From Candidatus Thalassarchaeum betae (lineage in GTDB: Archaea > Thermoplasmatota > Poseidoniia > Poseidoniales > Thalassarchaeaceae): 64,000 nucleotides of DNA. A program made the translations under genes and the position numbers. The stretch lies in contig PSPG01000005.1 of assembly GCA_003193925.1 (NCBI GenBank), positions 1,645 through 65,644 on the forward strand. Direction: 5' to 3'. The notes beneath the pieces were generated by a model. That model ran no database searches and was not told where the DNA came from. It saw nothing but the letters and a program-made list of their open reading frames with translations. Positions 48,701 through 63,165 of this stretch are shown here, one piece after another. How positions within the stretch are numbered: position 1 is the stretch's first letter; every line of letters begins with the position of its first letter.

Positions 48701-49606
48701 GTGAGGAACAGCCCTAGGAAACTCATTGCGGCCCTGATCAACCTCTGCCTGCTCCTACCCACAGTCGCGGTGTTCACCGCCGTCATCGCGGCTCCGATCG
48801 CATCAGCAGAGGCTACCTGCGACGTACCGGCGAGCAACATCCCCGGAATCGACCGGTACTTCGACGAGCACAGCGTCGAGGATGGCGGAATATGGTGGTG
48901 GCATGAGGGTGGGGGCAATGACCTCAGGTCCCTCGATGTTGATTTCAGCACCGAGATGACGATTCAGAACGACAGCGCCAACGCCGTCAGCATGGAGCTG
49001 GTGCCGGGTTACCAGTACACGTTCTGCATCTACCTGAGCCCGGACCAGGACTCTCCGCCCAACATGGGGGCGATCGGCGATGTCTACCTGATGACCGAGA
49101 GCAACTGGAACCGCTATGCCACCAGTTACAATGATCGCGAGTGGACCGAACTCGAGGAGGACCTGGAAAACGTGCCAGTCGAATGGCGGGACCTATTCGT
49201 CTGGCTCCCATTCAGGGACGTGCACGCTTACGAGAGCGTCTCCAGCGAGGTCTTCTCTGTGGCGATCGACTCCAGCGGCTCGCTGTGGTCGTCGGTCGAC
49301 TGGTTCGAGAGCGGGGACGAGAAGTACTACCTCGTCGTGGACGGCTGGGACAATGACAGGAGCACGGACAGAGGTGCGGCCGGAGGTACCATGAATGTCG
49401 AGATACTCGTCGATGTCGAGGAGAGAACGACGCTGCCGAATTTCATCGCCTACATCCTCATCGCGGCTCTGCCTCTGGCTTGCATCATAGCCCCCATGGT
49501 CATACACAGCCGATACATGTCAACGGGAATCAGCGAGGAAGATGGGGACCTCCGCCAAGTGCCCTACTTGGAAGACGAGAGCGATGAACGCGATGGCGAA
49601 GACTAA
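48701..49606 (+). CDS. Secreted/membrane-anchored hypothetical protein
   Basis: Signal peptide, DVYLM and YYLVVD motifs, C-terminal TM; starts 2 nt after the upstream gene. Confidence 0.7.
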   Translation: MRNSPRKLIAALINLCLLLPTVAVFTAVIAAPIASAEATCDVPASNIPGIDRYFDEHSVEDGGIWWWHEGGGNDLRSLDVDFSTEMTIQNDSANAVSMELVPGYQYTFCIYLSPDQDSPPNMGAIGDVYLMTESNWNRYATSYNDREWTELEEDLENVPVEWRDLFVWLPFRDVHAYESVSSEVFSVAIDSSGSLWSSVDWFESGDEKYYLVVDGWDNDRSTDRGAAGGTMNVEILVDVEERTTLPNFIAYILIAALPLACIIAPMVIHSRYMSTGISEEDGDLRQVPYLEDESDERDGED

Positions 49607-50424
49607 CCAGTCTCATACTCCAGTAACTGCCATGCGGTCTGCAAATCGGATGCGTTGATCCTCCCCTGCCTCGAAAGGTGCCATCCGGATTCCATAGTCG
49701 TGTAGACCATGGCCTGTCCCAGCAGGGGTGCGTGAATCCGAGTCCAGTCGCCCCCTGAGCCTGTCCCCATTATCGCGTTGGGGGTGCCTGAGCCATTGAG
49801 TTGCCAAGCAGCCTCGAAGAGGCGCAGGCCATCATGTCGGCCCAAGGTCCGGTAGCACATCTTCACCATCTCGCCGGCATCGGAGTTGTCCACCACGTCC
49901 TGGATGATCTCCGATGCCGATGGTGGCTGCTCCGAGGAGTGCTGGGAAGCGATGACTCGAGTCTTATCCCCGGCTGCATCGACCAGTGCCTTGCGTGGCT
50001 TGGACTCCATGTCCACCTCGAGATCGATCCAGCTCACGCCGCTCTCGATACCAGCCTTCAGGACCTCAATGCGCTGTCCCTCGTCGCCGGGATAATGCCC
50101 TCCCTGACGCTCTGGGCGGCATGTCAGCACCACGGGTAGCTCGATGCCCTGCTTGAGGAAAGCAAGCGCTGTGTGGACGTCCACCGAGTCCAATGGCTGC
50201 GGTATCATCTCGGGCTCGACGAACTTGGGGCGCTCTCGCTCTCCCTTGCCGTTCCCCTTCTCTTTCTCGGAAGGATCGGGGTCGGGCATCTGCTCGACCA
50301 CCCAGAGTTTGTCCAGACGGACCTCCACGAGATCAGCTCCGGCGGCCGTGGCCCTCGCGGCGTCCTTCAGCATCTCATCGACCGTGCACCCATTGAGTGT
50401 CACGCAGATGAGAGGTCGAGCCAT
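49603..50424 (-). CDS. aroD: Type I 3-dehydroquinate dehydratase
   Basis: DLVEVRLD, LTCRPERQGG, IDLE, IASQH, VKM motifs. Confidence 0.88.
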   Translation of the reverse strand: MARPLICVTLNGCTVDEMLKDAARATAAGADLVEVRLDKLWVVEQMPDPDPSEKEKGNGKGERERPKFVEPEMIPQPLDSVDVHTALAFLKQGIELPVVLTCRPERQGGHYPGDEGQRIEVLKAGIESGVSWIDLEVDMESKPRKALVDAAGDKTRVIASQHSSEQPPSASEIIQDVVDNSDAGEMVKMCYRTLGRHDGLRLFEAAWQLNGSGTPNAIMGTGSGGDWTRIHAPLLGQAMVYTTMESGWHLSRQGRINASDLQTAWQLLEYETG

Positions 50425-50580
50425 TCGCCCGCCCCACCTTAGCGTTCTGTTTAACCGTGTCGTGAGGAGAAAGCAGGCCTAAGGCCTGAAATCGGTCGAA
50501 TATCCCCATTTTTCGCTGTTTTTGAGGTCCCCAGAAGGAGGGTTGAAGAACCCCCCAAGCACACGGTTGTACAGGTATGC

Positions 50581-52575
<1,995 letters not shown>

Positions 52576-52583
52576 GTGGTAGA

Positions 52584-55280
<2,697 letters not shown>

Positions 55281-55326
55281 GGGAAACCGCTCGGCTTAAG
55301 CGATTAACGCGGGTGGCCAGAGCGCT

Positions 55327-55413
55327 GCGGCAGTCGCATAGCCTGGCCATTGCGCTGGATTGCTAATCCAGTGGTGTTTCACCTCGGGAGTTCGAATCTC
55401 CCCTGCCGCGCCA
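55327..55413 (+). tRNA. tRNA-Ser(GCT), CCA encoded
   Basis: Acceptor GCGGCAG/CTGCCGC, anticodon arm CTGGA-TTGCTAA-TCCAG, long variable arm, GTTCGAATC T-loop, G discriminator. Confidence 0.95.
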
Positions 55414-55549
55414 CCTCATTCATGGCAGTCTTCATGCGCTGAGCCGGCACACTCCCAGCGTGGACTGGGACGGTGAGTCGGACTACGGCAACTGGATCAG
55501 GGGCTAGTCGCATACGAGGTTTCAACCGAACGCCGCCCATGGCGGTGGC

Positions 55550-56734
55550 ATGCTGAGCATCGAGCCGATGGATCTGCACGGCCCCATCGACTGGGCGCTG
55601 CCGCCATCGAAGAGCCACATGATGCGCTGGCTCGCCCTCGCCGCGCAGGCCGAGGGCGAGACCGTCCTGAGCTTCGACGGCGAGCCGGGCGAGGACGTGC
55701 TCTCGATGGCCGAGTGCCTGCGGCAACTGGGTGCCGGTATCGAACAGAGTGCCTCGCAGTGGAGCGTCACCGGCGTCGGTGCGGACGGATTCAGCGAGCC
55801 CGAGGGGGTGCTGGACTGCGGCAACTCCGGGACTGCCGCTCGCTTCCTGACCGCAATCGCGGCTGGACTGGCATCGGCTGTCGCGCTGGACGGTGACGCC
55901 TCCCTGAGGCGGCGCGATTTGTCGGCTCTGAACAGCGCACTTCGCGAGTTCGGGTGCGAGATCTCCTCGGATGCCGTGCCCCTGTCGGTGAATGGCCCGG
56001 CCCGTACGGGCAGAGCCTACCTCGAGGTCGGCTCGTCCAGCCAGCCCCTCTCCGCTCTCCTCCTCGCCTCTCCGGGGTACTCGGCGCGTCTCCATCTAGG
56101 TATGTCCGAGGGGTCTGTGAGCCGCGGCTACTCCCGGCTCTCTTTCGAGCTGGCAGCGCTGTGCGGCTCTCCGAACAGGCTCGACGGCGACGTTGTGGTG
56201 ATCGAGCCGTGGCGTGTCTCGACGCCCCCTGCTGTCAGCATCCCCGAGGAGGTAAGCCTGCTGCCGATGGCGATGCTGATGTCCGAGCTGCATGACGCCG
56301 AAGTGGAAGTGCGCGGCTCGGGCATCGAACTCACGCCGGCACTGATGGCCTTGGCCGAACAAGAGAGCGAACTGGACCTGCGTGACGAGAGCGATGTCAT
56401 CACCCCTGCGGCGGCGCTGCTCGCTCTGGGCCGAGGGGGTCGAATCACGGGCGCGGCCCACTCGAGGGGCAAGGAGTCGGACAGGATACTCGGGACGGTC
56501 GGGCTGCTGGCCGCCTTCGGCATGGCGTCCAGCGCGACGGGGGATGGCATCGAGGTCCCGGGCGGGCAGGTCCCGGCGAGGCCGGAGTCACCGGTCCAGA
56601 CGCATGGTGACCATCGTATCGCAATGACGGCGATGGTGCTGGCCAGCAAGGTCGGAGGCAGCATCGTCAACCCGGAGATCAGCGCCGTCACCGACCCGGG
56701 TTTCATCGAGCGATTGACGGGATTGGGAGACTAG
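55550..56734 (+). CDS. aroA: 3-phosphoshikimate 1-carboxyvinyltransferase (EPSP synthase)
   Basis: PSKS, DCGNSGTAARFL, GDASLRRR, SSQ, KESDR, DHRIAM. Confidence 0.92.
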   Translation: MLSIEPMDLHGPIDWALPPSKSHMMRWLALAAQAEGETVLSFDGEPGEDVLSMAECLRQLGAGIEQSASQWSVTGVGADGFSEPEGVLDCGNSGTAARFLTAIAAGLASAVALDGDASLRRRDLSALNSALREFGCEISSDAVPLSVNGPARTGRAYLEVGSSSQPLSALLLASPGYSARLHLGMSEGSVSRGYSRLSFELAALCGSPNRLDGDVVVIEPWRVSTPPAVSIPEEVSLLPMAMLMSELHDAEVEVRGSGIELTPALMALAEQESELDLRDESDVITPAAALLALGRGGRITGAAHSRGKESDRILGTVGLLAAFGMASSATGDGIEVPGGQVPARPESPVQTHGDHRIAMTAMVLASKVGGSIVNPEISAVTDPGFIERLTGLGD

Positions 56735-56746
56735 TCGGGGAATAAC

Positions 56747-57715
56747 ATGTCGAAGAGCGGCGGCAACCTCGTAACCCACTTCCTCCTCTTGCTGGTGGTC
56801 ATCATCTGGGGCTCCTCATGGGCCGTGGGAAGGATTCTCAGCAGCGGACTGGATTCAGAGAGACCGGCCACTCTGGACCCGGCGACGGCGGCATGGCTGA
56901 GGTACGCCGTGGTCGTGCTGATGTTCTTCGCATGGTGCGCCTACAAGTCGCTCACGGGTGATAGGGTCAGAGCCCTGCCGCCCGATCGCAACACTTGGAG
57001 GTCGGTGCTTTGGATAGGCTTCTTCGGAGTGATGATCTACCAGTTGCTGTTCATGCACGGGATGAAGTGGACGGCGGCGGGTGACGCCTCGCTGATCATC
57101 CCAATCAACCCGGTCTTCACCGTGCTGCTGGCGGCTCCGATGCTCGGCCAGCCCATATCGAGGAAGATGGCGCTGGGACTGTTCTTCGGAATCACCGGCG
57201 TGGCCGCGGTCGTGGGCTGGAGCCCCAATGTGGACATCCCGTTCGAGCACCGCCTGCTCGGTGATGCGATGGTCGTCTTCGCGGCCCTGTCGTGGGCCAC
57301 GACGACCAACCTGACCAAGCGCATCCTGCAGAGGCGGCGCGACGAGGCCGGGGCATCGGCCCTCGAGATAGTGATCTGGTACTCCTTCGCCGGCTGGGTC
57401 ATGCTGACGCCGTGGATGCTGTACGAGCTGTGGGGCGCGCCGCTTCCTGCGCCCACAACTGTCGAATGGGCCTCGATTCTCTACCTCGGCTCGTTCTCCA
57501 CCGTCCTCGCCTACGTCTGGTTCGCGATGGGCATAGACAGGCTCGGGCCGACGGCAGCGGCGTCGTACGTCTTCCTCGTGCCGGTCTTCGGCATACTCAC
57601 CGGCTGGGCGCTGCTCGACGAAAGCATCGGAGTCTCGATGCTGGTCGGCTTCGTGCTCATCGTGGTCGGGGTCCGCGTAGTGCAGCGCGAAAGCGCGAGG
57701 CTGAGAACCGATTGA
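56747..57715 (+). CDS. DMT/EamA family transporter
   Basis: About 10 TM helices, IWGSSW, two EamA repeats, LVPVFGIL. Confidence 0.92.
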   Translation: MSKSGGNLVTHFLLLLVVIIWGSSWAVGRILSSGLDSERPATLDPATAAWLRYAVVVLMFFAWCAYKSLTGDRVRALPPDRNTWRSVLWIGFFGVMIYQLLFMHGMKWTAAGDASLIIPINPVFTVLLAAPMLGQPISRKMALGLFFGITGVAAVVGWSPNVDIPFEHRLLGDAMVVFAALSWATTTNLTKRILQRRRDEAGASALEIVIWYSFAGWVMLTPWMLYELWGAPLPAPTTVEWASILYLGSFSTVLAYVWFAMGIDRLGPTAAASYVFLVPVFGILTGWALLDESIGVSMLVGFVLIVVGVRVVQRESARLRTD

Positions 57716-57783
57716 GGGAACGCCTCCGGTGTTGCCTCATCATTAAATAGAGGGGGTCGTTGGGCGGCCAACGAGGTAGGTAA

Positions 57784-58323
57784 ATGGCACGCATGCCAGG
57801 CAGTATGTATCGTCAGATCAAGGGTCAGGCGTACACCCGGAGAGAGTACTCCGGCGGAGTCCCGAACAATCGCATACTGCGCTACTTCATGGGTGACCGC
57901 AAGGCGGCGGAGGCAGGTCAGTTCGACATCATCGTCGAGCTGTCCGCTGACAACGCATGCCAGGTTCGCGACACCGCTCTGGAGGCGACTCGACAAGTGG
58001 CCAACGCGACTATCAGGAAGGTTGCCGGAGACATGGGCTACGCCCTGCGCATGCACACCTACCCGCACCAGATCCTGCGCCAGAACAAGCAGGCCACCGG
58101 GGCCGGCGCGGACCGCGTCTCGCTGGGGATGCGCCAGTCATACGGGAAGAACGTGGGCACTGCCGCGCGGGTCCGGCCGGGTCAGACGCTGGTCTCCATC
58201 CAGACCATCCCAGAGCACTACCTGGTGGCCCGGGACGCACTGCGAAAGGCACGCTGCAAGCTCCCTACGCCATGCACTATCAGGCTCGTCAAGGGCGCCG
58301 AGCATTTGCAGGGGCTAGTGTGA
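57784..58323 (+). CDS. rpl10e: 50S ribosomal protein uL16 (L10e)
   Basis: YTRREY, LEATR, YPHQILRQNK.ATGAGADRVS.GMR..YGK. Confidence 0.96.
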   Translation: MARMPGSMYRQIKGQAYTRREYSGGVPNNRILRYFMGDRKAAEAGQFDIIVELSADNACQVRDTALEATRQVANATIRKVAGDMGYALRMHTYPHQILRQNKQATGAGADRVSLGMRQSYGKNVGTAARVRPGQTLVSIQTIPEHYLVARDALRKARCKLPTPCTIRLVKGAEHLQGLV

Positions 58324-58335
58324 GGTTGAGGGGCC

Positions 58336-58914
58336 ATGTCGCCCTCTGACCCTCTGACCGTACTGCAGGACTCACTGCGTGGAGCGCCGATCATCTGGAA
58401 GGGCGAGTACCCGTACTTCATCCACCCGATCTCCGATGGCATCCCGCGCATGGAGGCCGACGTGCTGCGCGCCACCTGCGACCTCATCGTCGAGATGGTA
58501 GACTGGTCCGAGATCGACCTCATCGTCAGCGTCGAGGCGATGGGGCTGCCCCTGCTCGCCGTGGTCGGGGACGCCACCGGCAAGCCCACCGTGGTGATCC
58601 GCAAGCGCTCGTACGGCATGGAGGGCGAGGTCCGCGTCGACGTCTCGACCGGCTACTCCCAGTCCACCGCCTACATCAACGACATCAAGTCAGGCGAGAG
58701 GCTCCTCATAGTCGACGACGTGATCTCCACCGGCGGCACCCTAGAGCCACTGCTCGAGGCGCTCGAGGGGATGGGCGCCGTGCTGCAGGACGTCGTCGTG
58801 GCCATCGAGAAGGGCGAGGGCCGAGAGCGATTGGCGCGAGAGCGCCCGGACTGGCCGATACGCACGCTCGCGCGCATCGACATCGTCGACGGCAGGGTCG
58901 AGATCCTAGGGTGA
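58336..58914 (+). CDS. hpt: Archaeal purine phosphoribosyltransferase (Hpt/Apt-like)
   Basis: YPYFIHPISDGIP, EAMGLP, IVDDVISTGGT PRPP-binding motif. Confidence 0.9.
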   Translation: MSPSDPLTVLQDSLRGAPIIWKGEYPYFIHPISDGIPRMEADVLRATCDLIVEMVDWSEIDLIVSVEAMGLPLLAVVGDATGKPTVVIRKRSYGMEGEVRVDVSTGYSQSTAYINDIKSGERLLIVDDVISTGGTLEPLLEALEGMGAVLQDVVVAIEKGEGRERLARERPDWPIRTLARIDIVDGRVEILG

Positions 58915-58965
58915 AGCGTCCTATCAGATGAAATAGCGGCCGCCTGACCGCGGAGCGGGCGGAAT

Positions 58966-60075
58966 ATGGATCTGGAGCGTCACGACTTCCAGCTCGACGA
59001 GCTCGTCGAGAGAATCAAGGCGAACGACAACAGGCTGGTGGCACTGCAGGTCCCCGAGGGCCTCAAGATGCAGGCCCTCGAGATGATGGACACCATCGAG
59101 GACGGATCGGGAGCGCAGGTCATCCTGGCCGCTGACCCGTGCTACGGCGCGTGTGACCTCGTCCACGACAAGATGCGGTCGATGGGCGTCGAGTTGGTGG
59201 CCCACATGGGTCACAGCCAGATGAACATCGACTCTGGCATGCCGACGCACTTCATCCCCGTCACCTACGACGGTGACCCGGAGTTGGCCCCGGCCCTCCC
59301 CTTCCTGGAGCGGCATCGGGCAATCGCCCGATCCCGACTGGACTCGGTAGCGCAGGAAGAGGAGTTGGATGATGCCGCTGCGAAGCAGCGCTTCCTCGAT
59401 GCGGTCGGGCGCGTGGCCCCCCTGACGGGCACGAGGCTCGGACTGGTGGGCTCGATACAGCACCTCCACCTCCTGCCCGATTTCAAGGAGAGGCTCGAGA
59501 AGGCGGGCTTCGAGGTGGAGATACCGTCGGGGGGCGAGAGGCTCACTTTCCCCGGTCAGGTGCTCGGATGCAACTACTCGGGGGACGACCCCTCGATCGG
59601 TCACTACCTCTTCCTCGGCTCGGGCGACTTCCACCCCATCGGCCTGGTCCTCCACACCGGCAAGCCCCTCGCCATGCTGGACCCATACAGCGGGGATGCG
59701 ACCGAGATGTCCTTCGAGCGCATCGAGCGCATCCTGCGCCAGCGCTTCGGTCTAATAATGGCCGTCGACGGGGCCAAGACGTTCGGCATCCTGATTGGTG
59801 AGAAACCGGGGCAGATGCGCCGCAACCTAGCCATCCGGATGAAGCGGCTTCTCGAGAAGCACGGTCGCAAGGGGTACCTGCTGGCGCTGGACCACATCAG
59901 CCCAGACCTCATCGACTTCTACCCGGTTGACGCCTTCGTCAACACCGCCTGCCCGCGAATAGCGATCGACGACTCGGTGAAGTACGCCAAGCCGCTCATC
60001 ACCCCGTACGAGCTCGAGGTCGCGCTCGGTGAGAAGGAATGGCAGAGCGGATACCAGTTCGACGAGATTCCTTGA
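58966..60075 (+). CDS. dph2: Diphthamide biosynthesis enzyme Dph2
   Basis: LQVPEGLK, CYGACD, GQVLGC, GDFHP, TACPRI (three cluster Cys). Confidence 0.95.
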   Translation: MDLERHDFQLDELVERIKANDNRLVALQVPEGLKMQALEMMDTIEDGSGAQVILAADPCYGACDLVHDKMRSMGVELVAHMGHSQMNIDSGMPTHFIPVTYDGDPELAPALPFLERHRAIARSRLDSVAQEEELDDAAAKQRFLDAVGRVAPLTGTRLGLVGSIQHLHLLPDFKERLEKAGFEVEIPSGGERLTFPGQVLGCNYSGDDPSIGHYLFLGSGDFHPIGLVLHTGKPLAMLDPYSGDATEMSFERIERILRQRFGLIMAVDGAKTFGILIGEKPGQMRRNLAIRMKRLLEKHGRKGYLLALDHISPDLIDFYPVDAFVNTACPRIAIDDSVKYAKPLITPYELEVALGEKEWQSGYQFDEIP

Positions 60076-60122
60076 GCACGCGCGCGCAGCAGACGGGCGT
60101 ATGCGTGCGCGCTGCTCCAAAT

Positions 60123-61325
60123 ATGTCTAATAACGATGTGAGCACGAGTCGCATGATGGCCGACTACCTCGACAGAATCGGAGCGGGCAAGGTCCTGCTG
60201 GACAGAGCGCCGTTCTCGTTCGACTGGACCCCGCCCGCTTTGGTCGGCCGCGATACCGAGCTGCGCGAGTTGGCCTCGATGTTCACCGGGATGGAGAGTC
60301 ACGGGGTCAGCAGCAGGGCCGTGATCACCGGCCCAGTGGGCTCCGGGAAGACCGTGATGACGCGACGCTTCGGAGAGGACTTGCAGCGCATGCTCGACGG
60401 GCGCAGGAAGATCATCCTAGCGCACGTCAACTGCCGCAACCACCCGAGCACCTCGCAGGTCCTGCAGCAGATCGTGCTCTCCCTCGACTCCGGTCACCCC
60501 GAGCGCGGCTTCAGCTCCGGCGAGATCATCCAGTCCATCCGCCGCAACCTGAATGCGCACGACAGTCACCTGCTGCTGGTCCTCGACGAGGTCGATGCCC
60601 TGATCCGAAGGGAGAAATCCGACCTCATCTACAAACTGCTGAGGATCGACGAGGGGCGGGACCAACAGGGCTCCCTCTCGCTGATGCTGGTAAGCCAGGA
60701 CGTCTCTATGCTGAAGTTGTTCGAGGCCGCCATCATCTCGCGCCTCGGGGAGAGCAACATCCTGAATCTGCAGCCCTACGACGCGCCTGCGCTGATGGGC
60801 ATCGCCAGACAGCGCTACGAGGAGGCCTGCAAGCCTGGCTCAGTGGGCGATGACACTCTGGCCAAGATCGGCAGGTTCGCCGCTGACACCGGAGACGCGC
60901 GCCTCGCGATCGAGCTGCTGGAGGCGGCGATTCGCCGTGCTGAGAAGGCGGGTAGGGGTGATGTCCTGGTCGAGGACGTGCGGCCCAGCACCCTGCGGGC
61001 GGCCTCGGTCGAGCCGAGTCAGGTCGACAACCTGAGCAAGCACCAGAAGCTGGTCCTGCTCGGAATCTGCAGGCGCCTGAAGAAGGCCGACGAGATCTCC
61101 AGCGGCGACGCCCGGAAGCTGTACAACCTGGTTTGCGAGGAGTTCGAGGCTAGGCCTCGGAGCTACACCACGTTCTGGAAGCACCTCAAGGCGCTCGAGA
61201 CCCAAGGGCTGATCGAGACGAGGACGGCGAACGCATCGGTGGGGAGGGGCAGGACCCAGCACATCACGATGACCAACACCGCACCCGCTGTCCTAGAGAG
61301 TCGGATTGAGAAGGAATTCCAATGA
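60123..61325 (+). CDS. cdc6: Orc1/Cdc6 family replication initiator
   Basis: GPVGSGKT, VNCR, LVLDEVD, GDARLAIELL, C-terminal winged helix ending GRGRT. Confidence 0.93.
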   Translation: MSNNDVSTSRMMADYLDRIGAGKVLLDRAPFSFDWTPPALVGRDTELRELASMFTGMESHGVSSRAVITGPVGSGKTVMTRRFGEDLQRMLDGRRKIILAHVNCRNHPSTSQVLQQIVLSLDSGHPERGFSSGEIIQSIRRNLNAHDSHLLLVLDEVDALIRREKSDLIYKLLRIDEGRDQQGSLSLMLVSQDVSMLKLFEAAIISRLGESNILNLQPYDAPALMGIARQRYEEACKPGSVGDDTLAKIGRFAADTGDARLAIELLEAAIRRAEKAGRGDVLVEDVRPSTLRAASVEPSQVDNLSKHQKLVLLGICRRLKKADEISSGDARKLYNLVCEEFEARPRSYTTFWKHLKALETQGLIETRTANASVGRGRTQHITMTNTAPAVLESRIEKEFQ

Positions 61326-61392
61326 TGCGAAAAGCGCCGTAGGCGCTTCCGAACCGCTCTTATAGGGGCCTTTTGTCGGGAGGCCGTCCGAG

Positions 61393-61899
61393 GTGACCGA
61401 AATGGCAGCAGAGCAGGCCTTCAAGGCAGTGATCAACGACACTTCGCCATCGTCTGGCGGACGCGCCTTCGGCATCGACATCACCGGCTCGAACTACAAT
61501 CACTTCCTCGGCAAGAGGATCGGCGACACCGTCGACGGCATGTTCGTCGGCGAGGGGGACAAGTCACTCTCCGGCTACAAGCTGGAGATCACCGGCGGCT
61601 CTGACCTCACGGGCCGGCCCATGCGCCCCGAGCTCGCTGGCAGCGGCGTCAAGTCTGTGCTCATCACCGCTGGCATCGGATACAAGGGCAAGCGCTACGT
61701 CAAGAAGAGAGGCAAGATCTACCGGTACAAGTACGACGGTCTTCGCAGGCGACGAAACCTTCGCGGCAACGTGATCAGCCAAGACACCCGCCAGATCAAC
61801 CTGAAAATCACCGAGGCGGGCAATCGCTCCCTCGACGCCATCTTCGGCCTCGTCGAGGAGGCCCCCCCTGTCGAGGAGCCCTCTGGAGAAGAGGAGTGA
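61393..61899 (+). CDS. rps6e: 30S ribosomal protein eS6
   Basis: GKRIGD, LEITGGSD..GRPM, GLRRRRNLRGN, QINLK; start 61393 or 61402. Confidence 0.95.
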   Translation: MTEMAAEQAFKAVINDTSPSSGGRAFGIDITGSNYNHFLGKRIGDTVDGMFVGEGDKSLSGYKLEITGGSDLTGRPMRPELAGSGVKSVLITAGIGYKGKRYVKKRGKIYRYKYDGLRRRRNLRGNVISQDTRQINLKITEAGNRSLDAIFGLVEEAPPVEEPSGEEE

Positions 61900-61919
61900 A
61901 TCGGCGGGAGGGATGAGGA

Positions 61920-63161
61920 CTGGCACAGAGTCTCCCCCGACAGCCCGAAGTCAACATAGGCATGGTCGGTCACGTCGACCACGGCAAGACTACCCTGACC
62001 CAGGCCCTCTCAGGAGTCTGGACAGACACTCACTCCGAGGAGAGAAAACGCGGCATAAGCATCAAGCTGGGATATGCGGACACGGCGTTCTACAAAACCG
62101 CTGACGGCAGGTTCTACGCCAAGGGCAAACACCCCGACGGCAAGGACGACGACGAAGGCGAACTGCTCCGCGTGGTGTCCTTCGTCGACGCCCCGGGCCA
62201 CGAGACTCTGATGGCAGTGATGATCTCCGGCGCCTCGATAATGGACGGTGCTATGCTGCTCATCGCGGCCACCGAGAAGTGCCCCCAGTCCCAGACCCGC
62301 GAGCATCTGGCAGCGTTGCAGATCGCCGGCATCGAGAACATCGTAGTGGTGCAGAACAAAATCGACATCGTGACCCGTGAGAGAGCCGTCGAGTCACACG
62401 GTGAAATCAAGGGATTCCTCGAGGGAACGATAGCCGAAGGCGCTCCGATTATCCCAGTCTCAGCCCACCACGACGTCAACCTCGACATCCTGATCCAAGC
62501 CATCGAGGACAGCATCCCGACGCCAGACCGCTCCTTGGACGAGGGTGGGCTGATGTACGTCGCGCGCTCGTTCGACACCAACCGCCCTGGCTCTAGGCCC
62601 GACAAGCTGCAGGGCGGAATCATCGGGGGCAGCATAGTCGCGGGCTCGTTCAGCGTCGGTGACTCGATCCTGATTGCACCCGGGCGCAGGGTGCAAGGAG
62701 GCGGCAAGACCGATTGGGAGCCGATTCGCACTACCATCGAGAGTGTCAGAGGGGGTGGACTCGCCCTCGAATCGGTCCACGCGGGAGGGCTTTGCGGCAT
62801 CGCTACTCCGATGGACCCGGTCTCGACCAAGGCCGACGAGCTATCCGGCCAAGTGATGGCGCGCGAGGGCGAACTTCCTCCCGTCTGGGAGAAGTTGGAC
62901 TTGGACCTGGAACTTCTGGAGAACATGGTCTCAGGGGGCGAGGGCGAGCCGGAGAAGGTCCGCCCGCTTCAGCCCAACGAGATGCTGATGGTCAACTCGG
63001 CCACGGCAACCAGCGTCGGAACCGTATCATCGATCAAGGGCAGCAAGGCGACTCTGCAACTGCGTCTGCCGATATGCGCCAAGCCCGGCAGCAGAATCAC
63101 CCTCTCACGACGTGTGGGCTCTCGCTGGAGACTTATCGGGCACGGCTCGATAGGGGGGTGA
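61920..63161 (+). CDS. eif2g: Translation initiation factor aIF2 subunit gamma (probable CTG start)
   Basis: QPEVNIGMVGHVDHGKT, HSEE.KRGISIKLGY, DAPGHE, NKID, RWRLIG; conserved N-terminus extends upstream of the track ATG at 61962. Confidence 0.96.
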   Translation: MAQSLPRQPEVNIGMVGHVDHGKTTLTQALSGVWTDTHSEERKRGISIKLGYADTAFYKTADGRFYAKGKHPDGKDDDEGELLRVVSFVDAPGHETLMAVMISGASIMDGAMLLIAATEKCPQSQTREHLAALQIAGIENIVVVQNKIDIVTRERAVESHGEIKGFLEGTIAEGAPIIPVSAHHDVNLDILIQAIEDSIPTPDRSLDEGGLMYVARSFDTNRPGSRPDKLQGGIIGGSIVAGSFSVGDSILIAPGRRVQGGGKTDWEPIRTTIESVRGGGLALESVHAGGLCGIATPMDPVSTKADELSGQVMAREGELPPVWEKLDLDLELLENMVSGGEGEPEKVRPLQPNEMLMVNSATATSVGTVSSIKGSKATLQLRLPICAKPGSRITLSRRVGSRWRLIGHGSIGG

Positions 63162-63165
63162 TTCG

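Noticed and set aside
55327-55550. tRNA-Ser as an integration site for a mobile element
   Set aside because: No duplicated tRNA 3' end or integrase seen; flanked by core genes gyrA and aroA
60075-61393. Replication origin next to cdc6
   Set aside because: Flanking intergenic gaps are under 70 nt, with no ORB-like repeats or AT-rich unwinding element
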